From positions 1 to 17,880 of IMG/VR virus record IMGVR_UViG_3300031994_000655: a stretch of 17,880 nt of DNA. One strand, written 5' to 3'. Below the pieces are notes generated by a model. The model was not told the origin of the DNA, made no database searches, and saw nothing but the letters and a program-made list of their open reading frames with translations. The position numbers and the translations under genes were made by a program. Numbering within the stretch: the first letter of the stretch is position 1; every line of letters starts with the position of its first letter. The DNA comes from a virus. Positions 14,833-17,880 of this stretch are shown here, one piece after another.

Positions 14833-16566
14833 CTATTTGGAACGTAGTTGATTGAGTATCTCATAAGCCTTAGTCTTCTTACAACCAAGAATGTTCATAA
14901 CGGTTTTAGCACTCATGTCAGGAGTTATGGAATTCATAAGTTCCTCTTCACGTTTCTTTGATTCATCAATATACCCAAGCCTAACCAAGGATTTATAAAC
15001 GGTTGTTCTGGCTGGTACACCACAAGGTTTGCCGTAGAACGTAGTGAACTTTACACCATTCAAATAGTACTCCTGGAGTTTTTTATGTACATTGTCAACC
15101 GTTACTTCCTTTCCCTCAGATAAGAGTTCCTCTGCTGCGGCTGACACGTAGTCGTTAGAGTTTGACTTCTGCAATCTCTTGTACTCAACCCTCTTGTCTC
15201 CTTCAACTGAGTTGTTTATGTACACCTCTTTTGACTTGAAGTGTTCCTTCATGTAGGCTATCATGTCATCCATTTCGATACTCATGGTCCAATAGGTCTT
15301 CTCTAGCAACGCCGTTCTGGTTATAGCACCGTCGGAATTGTCAATCATGTTTATGCTGCACCAAATGAGAGTGAGTAACACATCATCCGCGCAGTGAGTA
15401 GGAGAGTTATACCTGGCCTTTGTTGCGATAGTAGGCAATACCTTAACCCTGCGCTTGTCTCCATCCGAGTAAGGGACGTACTTGCCTCCCTTGGCTATCT
15501 TGGACTTGATTCTCGAATCAAACCCATCCTGCGTACAGGTGAACGTCGAACCAGTATCCTGAACAGGTGCAAGGCACGGCTTCCATCCAAGCATCTGGAA
15601 ATGGCGTAAAACTTCACTGTCATCAGCCGTCTCAGACAACTCTCTCTGTAACTCAGGAGAGAACATACCTGTAAAATCCTTTCCTTGGCCGTTTCCTTGC
15701 GTTCTGGCGGGCTTTCGGTTCACACATGGGTAATCCTTCCTCCACTGTTCCAAATCAGCCTCAGAGACGTCGTAAAAAGCATCGAACGACATAACCTCGA
15801 CAATAGGCAGTCTGGAAGTGGCTGTAGTTCCGAAGCATCCATCGAACATCTCAAGCCATCCAGATACATCCTCATCCTTGTAGATGTTCTCTTTAATCCA
15901 TTTGATGCCGCCCTTCTTGTCGTCACCCAGGTGTAACTTGTTCTCTTCTGGATCCATGTATGCGTAGTACTGAATCGTACGTCCAGCGGGAACTCCGTTG
16001 CCGTGCATCATCTGGTTCTTATGCTTGCTACAGTGGTCGAGTTCCACCCCGATAACCTTCTCTACCTTGTCAGCCAGGTACTCTGCGAATGCGCAGCAGT
16101 TCTCAACTCCTTTGATAACCTCCCTGGTCACATATACAAGGCGGTAGCGACAGATAGGCGTTGTAACCGTCTCTCCGTCTTTCTCCTCCGCAAGCAGGTA
16201 CGTCATGTGGCTTGTGGTGGTGTAGGCTAGTGTCGGATAAATGTCCTGGTTATCGTCGAATTCGCTTAACAGGCTGCCAAGAGTCTTGTGCTTGATATCA
16301 AAGTCGATGTCAATAAAGAAGAACTGCGTGCCAACGAAGTTATCCGTGGTACGTTCCGAACTTGTCATCTTGTTTTTCGTGTAAATTCCTGCCAATGAAC
16401 GACCCTCTTGGATGCAGCGCACCATGAATGCGAGGTTTGCGTTGCAGTACGTGGAGAAACTCATCTCCCAGTAGTCGGCAGTACCCTGAATGGGTTTGTG
16501 GTCATAGCCCTTGTCTGTTACTGATAGGCTTATGCCACTGAAGTTTGTGTCTCTGAATTGCTTCAT
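14833..16566 (-). CDS. primase-polymerase-like (AEP-type) replication protein with C-terminal HTH
   Basis: 577 aa. QFFFIDIDFD (D86/D88) resembles the AEP DxD motif I. LAYTTTSH and ELDHCSKHKNQMMHG resemble the following motifs of VirE-N/BT4734-like primases as recalled. The C-terminal SAKTVMNILGCKKTKAYEILNQL looks like a helix-turn-helix. Confidence 0.55.
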   Translation of the reverse strand: MKQFRDTNFSGISLSVTDKGYDHKPIQGTADYWEMSFSTYCNANLAFMVRCIQEGRSLAGIYTKNKMTSSERTTDNFVGTQFFFIDIDFDIKHKTLGSLLSEFDDNQDIYPTLAYTTTSHMTYLLAEEKDGETVTTPICRYRLVYVTREVIKGVENCCAFAEYLADKVEKVIGVELDHCSKHKNQMMHGNGVPAGRTIQYYAYMDPEENKLHLGDDKKGGIKWIKENIYKDEDVSGWLEMFDGCFGTTATSRLPIVEVMSFDAFYDVSEADLEQWRKDYPCVNRKPARTQGNGQGKDFTGMFSPELQRELSETADDSEVLRHFQMLGWKPCLAPVQDTGSTFTCTQDGFDSRIKSKIAKGGKYVPYSDGDKRRVKVLPTIATKARYNSPTHCADDVLLTLIWCSINMIDNSDGAITRTALLEKTYWTMSIEMDDMIAYMKEHFKSKEVYINNSVEGDKRVEYKRLQKSNSNDYVSAAAEELLSEGKEVTVDNVHKKLQEYYLNGVKFTTFYGKPCGVPARTTVYKSLVRLGYIDESKKREEELMNSITPDMSAKTVMNILGCKKTKAYEILNQLRSK

Positions 16567-16628
16567 TTGTTAATCTTGCGTTAACGTTTAGGTTTGTTAC
16601 TAACACAGTTAGCATGTGTAGAGCCGAT

Positions 16629-16775
16629 TTAGGATGGCTGGTCCTCTTTTCTCACTGAGGTGACGTAAACAATCTCTCCTCTGCGTTCTGCTTTCTTGTA
16701 GCCGTTCTGGCCAAGTGCCTGCTTTGCCAATTTACGAGTCTCATAGAAGACTCCTGTAGGTGTGTGAACTAACAT
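16629..16775 (-). CDS. hypothetical small basic protein (48 aa, below ORF-track cutoff)
   Basis: ATG at 16775 lies 16 nt after motif copy B. Hand translation gives MLVHTPTGVFYETRKLAKQALGQNGYKKAERRGEIVYVTSVRKEDQPS, ending at TAA 16629-16631. Confidence 0.5.
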   Translation of the reverse strand: MLVHTPTGVFYETRKLAKQALGQNGYKKAERRGEIVYVTSVRKEDQPS

Positions 16776-16791
16776 ATCTGTCTAGTGTGTT

Positions 16792-16826
16792 TCTACCTAT
16801 AAATAGTACGATGTTTCAAAAAGTGA
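16792..16826 (-). promoter_or_regulatory. conserved promoter-like motif, copy B
   Basis: The minus-sense sequence is TCACTTTTTGAAACATCGTACTATTTATAGGTAGA. It is identical to copy D over 31 nt. Confidence 0.6.
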
Positions 16827-16846
16827 TTCAAAGTCGTTCTCGACGG

Positions 16847-16878
16847 CAAAAGTACACATAATTTCTCAAAGAAGCAAA
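16847..16878 (-). promoter_or_regulatory. Bacteroidota-type promoter P(-): TTTG-N20-TACTTTTG
   Basis: The minus-sense sequence is TATTTGCttctttgagaaattatgtgTACTTTTGC, an exact match to the -33 TTTG and -7 TAnnTTTG consensus with a 20-nt spacer. It points toward motif B, the 48-aa ORF and the replication gene. Confidence 0.6.
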
Positions 16879-16891
16879 TAAACCGCCTCCA

Positions 16892-16926
16892 TCTACCCTA
16901 TAAATAGTACCATGTTCCAGAAAATA
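16892..16926 (-). promoter_or_regulatory. conserved promoter-like motif, copy C (degenerate 5' half)
   Basis: The minus-sense sequence is TATTTTCTGGAACATGGTACTATTTATAGGGTAGA. The core GTACTATTTATAG is intact, with one extra G. No convincing ORF follows before the P(-) promoter. Confidence 0.45.
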
Positions 16927-16959
16927 AAAACTGGACCACATCATCACGACGTTGTCCAG
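16921..16959 (-). terminator. intrinsic terminator after the 36-aa ORF
   Basis: In minus sense, CTGGAC pairs with GTCCAG (16959-16954 and 16936-16931). An inner ACGTC/GATGT helix has one G-U, with a 5-nt loop. The structure is followed by TTTTTATTTT (16930-16921). Confidence 0.6.
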
Positions 16960-16997
16960 CCAATAACTAAAATCATAAATAACATGGCCAGGTAAGG

Positions 16998-17108
16998 TCA
17001 AAGGCGCTTGCGTATGGCCTCCCTGATAGGATGGAAAATGAGATTTCCGATAGTGCTGATGGTAATGAATACGTTCAGCCAGTAGTGTTTCATAGTCTTG
17101 TTCTTCAT
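16998..17108 (-). CDS. 36-aa single-TM membrane peptide
   Basis: ATG at 17108 lies 18 nt after motif copy D. Hand translation gives MKNKTMKHYWLNVFITISTIGNLIFHPIREAIRKRL, ending at TGA 16998-17000. The hydrophobic core is flanked by basic residues, and a terminator follows 38 nt downstream. Confidence 0.5.
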   Translation of the reverse strand: MKNKTMKHYWLNVFITISTIGNLIFHPIREAIRKRL

Positions 17109-17126
17109 GGTTGTTCTTGTTTGCTT

Positions 17127-17160
17127 TCACCTATAAATAGTACGATGTTTCAAAAAGTGC
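17127..17160 (-). promoter_or_regulatory. conserved promoter-like motif, copy D
   Basis: The minus-sense sequence is GCACTTTTTGAAACATCGTACTATTTATAGGTGA. Confidence 0.6.
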
Positions 17161-17165
17161 AGCCT

Positions 17166-17217
17166 ATCGGGTATAAAACCGACCGATTTCTTGAAGATTG
17201 CCTCCAATCGGGTATAA
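17166..17217 (+). repeat. two 11-bp direct repeats ATCGGGTATAA in the divergent control region
   Basis: Copies lie at 17166-17176 and 17207-17217 (41-bp offset). A third partial copy, ATCGGGTA, is at 17283-17290. CCGACCGA recurs at 17179-17186 and 17494-17501, with CGACCGA at 17300-17306. Confidence 0.7.
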
Positions 17218-17242
17218 TATAAGTGGATCCGCCATCGGATTA

Positions 17243-17274
17243 TTTGCACAATCCAGAAAATATGTGTACTTTTG
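17243..17274 (+). promoter_or_regulatory. Bacteroidota-type promoter P(+): TTTG-N20-TACTTTTG
   Basis: The sequence is TATTTGCacaatccagaaaatatgtgTACTTTTGC. TTTG is at 17243-17246 and TACTTTTG at 17267-17274, with a 20-nt spacer. It is about 28/35 identical to the inverted P(-) element. Confidence 0.6.
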
Positions 17275-17280
17275 CATCTG

Positions 17281-17485
17281 GAATCGGGTAGCAACCTTTC
17301 GACCGAAGATTTTTCATGCCGTGACATACGTTAAAACTCCATATATCCGCTACCCGTTCCCTTACTGACATATCTGTCAACCAATATACATTGCGTCTGA
17401 CTTGTTCCCTACCATAGGATAAGGGGAAAAGTTGTTCTAGTTTCGAGAGTAACTCCGTTGAGATAACGTGGTTACTCCTTTTTTT
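17281..17485 (+). ncRNA. candidate ~205-nt structured non-coding RNA (class unknown)
   Basis: It is bounded by the P(+) promoter and an intrinsic terminator. The only + strand ATG (17315) opens a 2-codon ORF. Helices visible by eye are CGGGTAGC 17285-17292 with GCTACCCG 17349-17356, TGACA 17366-17370 with TGTCA 17375-17379, and CTTGTTCCCT 17401-17410 with AGGGGAAAAG 17422-17431 (one mismatch). The 5' end is a prediction. Confidence 0.45.
17447..17485 (+). terminator. rho-independent terminator
   Basis: GAGTAAC (17447-17453) pairs with GTTACTC (17471-17477). An inner CGTT/AACG helix surrounds loop GAGAT. The stem is followed by C and seven Ts (17479-17485). Confidence 0.7.
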
Positions 17486-17520
17486 GTACCTATCCGACCG
17501 AAATCGGTTCACACCCCCGT

Positions 17521-17554
17521 CACTTTTCCAAAGTACGTACTATTTATAGATAGA
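17521..17554 (+). promoter_or_regulatory. conserved promoter-like motif, copy E (only + oriented copy)
   Basis: The plus-sense sequence is CACTTTTCCAAAGTACGTACTATTTATAGATAGA, 28/34 identical to copy B. It faces the sigma-like gene, whose ATG is 145 nt downstream. Confidence 0.55.
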
Positions 17555-17699
17555 AGCCACTCCAAAAGCCTTCTAGTGAGAAATCCGTTCTAAGGCGCTA
17601 ATACTACCTCAGTGGTACAATTACACTGCCGAACGATTAAACACTCCCAGAACGAAGGAAACGGGGCAAGAACAAAGAAATAGACTACACTTAGATAAC

Positions 17700-17880
17700 A
17701 TGGAAACAAAGAACAACAGAGAAGAGAGGCGATTGAACCTCATCAAAGAGGCCAAGACAGGTAATGCCAACGCAGGCAACCTGCTGGTCAATGAATATAA
17801 GGACTTCATACACTGGGCGATGTGGACTACAATAAAGCCTCACATAGAATTTGTTAGGCATGTCCTTGACGAACTGGAGT
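17700..17880 (+). CDS. sigma-70/ECF-like factor, N-terminal 60 codons (3' end outside window)
   Basis: This ATG ORF is open to the window end and is absent from the track. It reads METKNNREERRLNLIKEAKTGNANAGNLLVNEYKDFIHWAMWTTIKPHIEFVRHVLDELE. The LIKEAKTGNANAGNLLVNEYKDFI segment resembles the region-2 opening (..A..GD..A...L...Y..) of ECF-type sigma factors. Confidence 0.45.
   Translation, partial: METKNNREERRLNLIKEAKTGNANAGNLLVNEYKDFIHWAMWTTIKPHIEFVRHVLDELE

Noticed and set aside
16828-17130. 100-aa minus-strand ORF from the track
   Set aside because: Its GTG start lies inside motif copy D. The frame runs through an intrinsic terminator and through motif copies C and B and the P(-) promoter. 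A 36-aa ATG ORF in another frame fits the promoter-ORF-terminator layout much better.
17240-17512. 90-aa minus-strand ORF from the track
   Set aside because: It has a GTG start and no minus-oriented promoter upstream, since motif E faces the other way. It is exactly antisense to a unit bounded by a consensus + strand promoter and a + strand terminator. I kept it only as the alternative hypothesis to the ncRNA call.
1-17880. tRNA genes, CRISPR arrays, integrase/att sites, transposase or IS ends
   Set aside because: No cloverleaf-compatible segments were seen, and no regularly spaced identical repeats with unique spacers. No recombinase-like ORFs were seen in any frame.

Overview
This window looks like a phage or prophage segment, probably from a virus of a Bacteroidota host. 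The host call rests on A/C-rich start-codon leaders without Shine-Dalgarno sequences and on TTTG-N19/20-TAnnTTTG promoters. Nt 1-12520 (+ strand) carry a virion and lysis module. In order: the 3' part of a tape-measure-like or ejection-like protein, an XkdF-like prohead protease, an acidic scaffold-like protein, the major capsid protein, two small virion proteins, the portal, an adaptor-like protein, and one unknown. Then come two large repeat-built tail fibres, a BspA/LRR-like protein, a holin-like protein and a u-spanin-like lipoprotein. No endolysin is visible. Nt 12528-16775 (- strand) carry a tightly packed run of 33-86 aa micro-genes, several below the ORF-track cutoff. They also carry a 213-aa unknown with its own host-type promoter and a 577-aa primase-polymerase-like replication protein. 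An 18-bp perfect inverted repeat around an AT-rich spacer follows the replication gene. Nt 16780-17700 are the most unusual part, a dense control region. It holds four of the five copies of a 34-35 bp conserved promoter-like motif that does not fit the host consensus. It also holds two near-identical, divergently oriented host-type promoters, a tiny promoter-ORF-terminator unit for a 36-aa membrane peptide, and short direct repeats. A ~205-nt ORF-less unit bounded by a promoter and an intrinsic terminator is a candidate structured ncRNA. The window ends in the 5' part of a sigma-factor-like gene. All functional calls rest on motif recognition by eye and on gene order; no searches were run.
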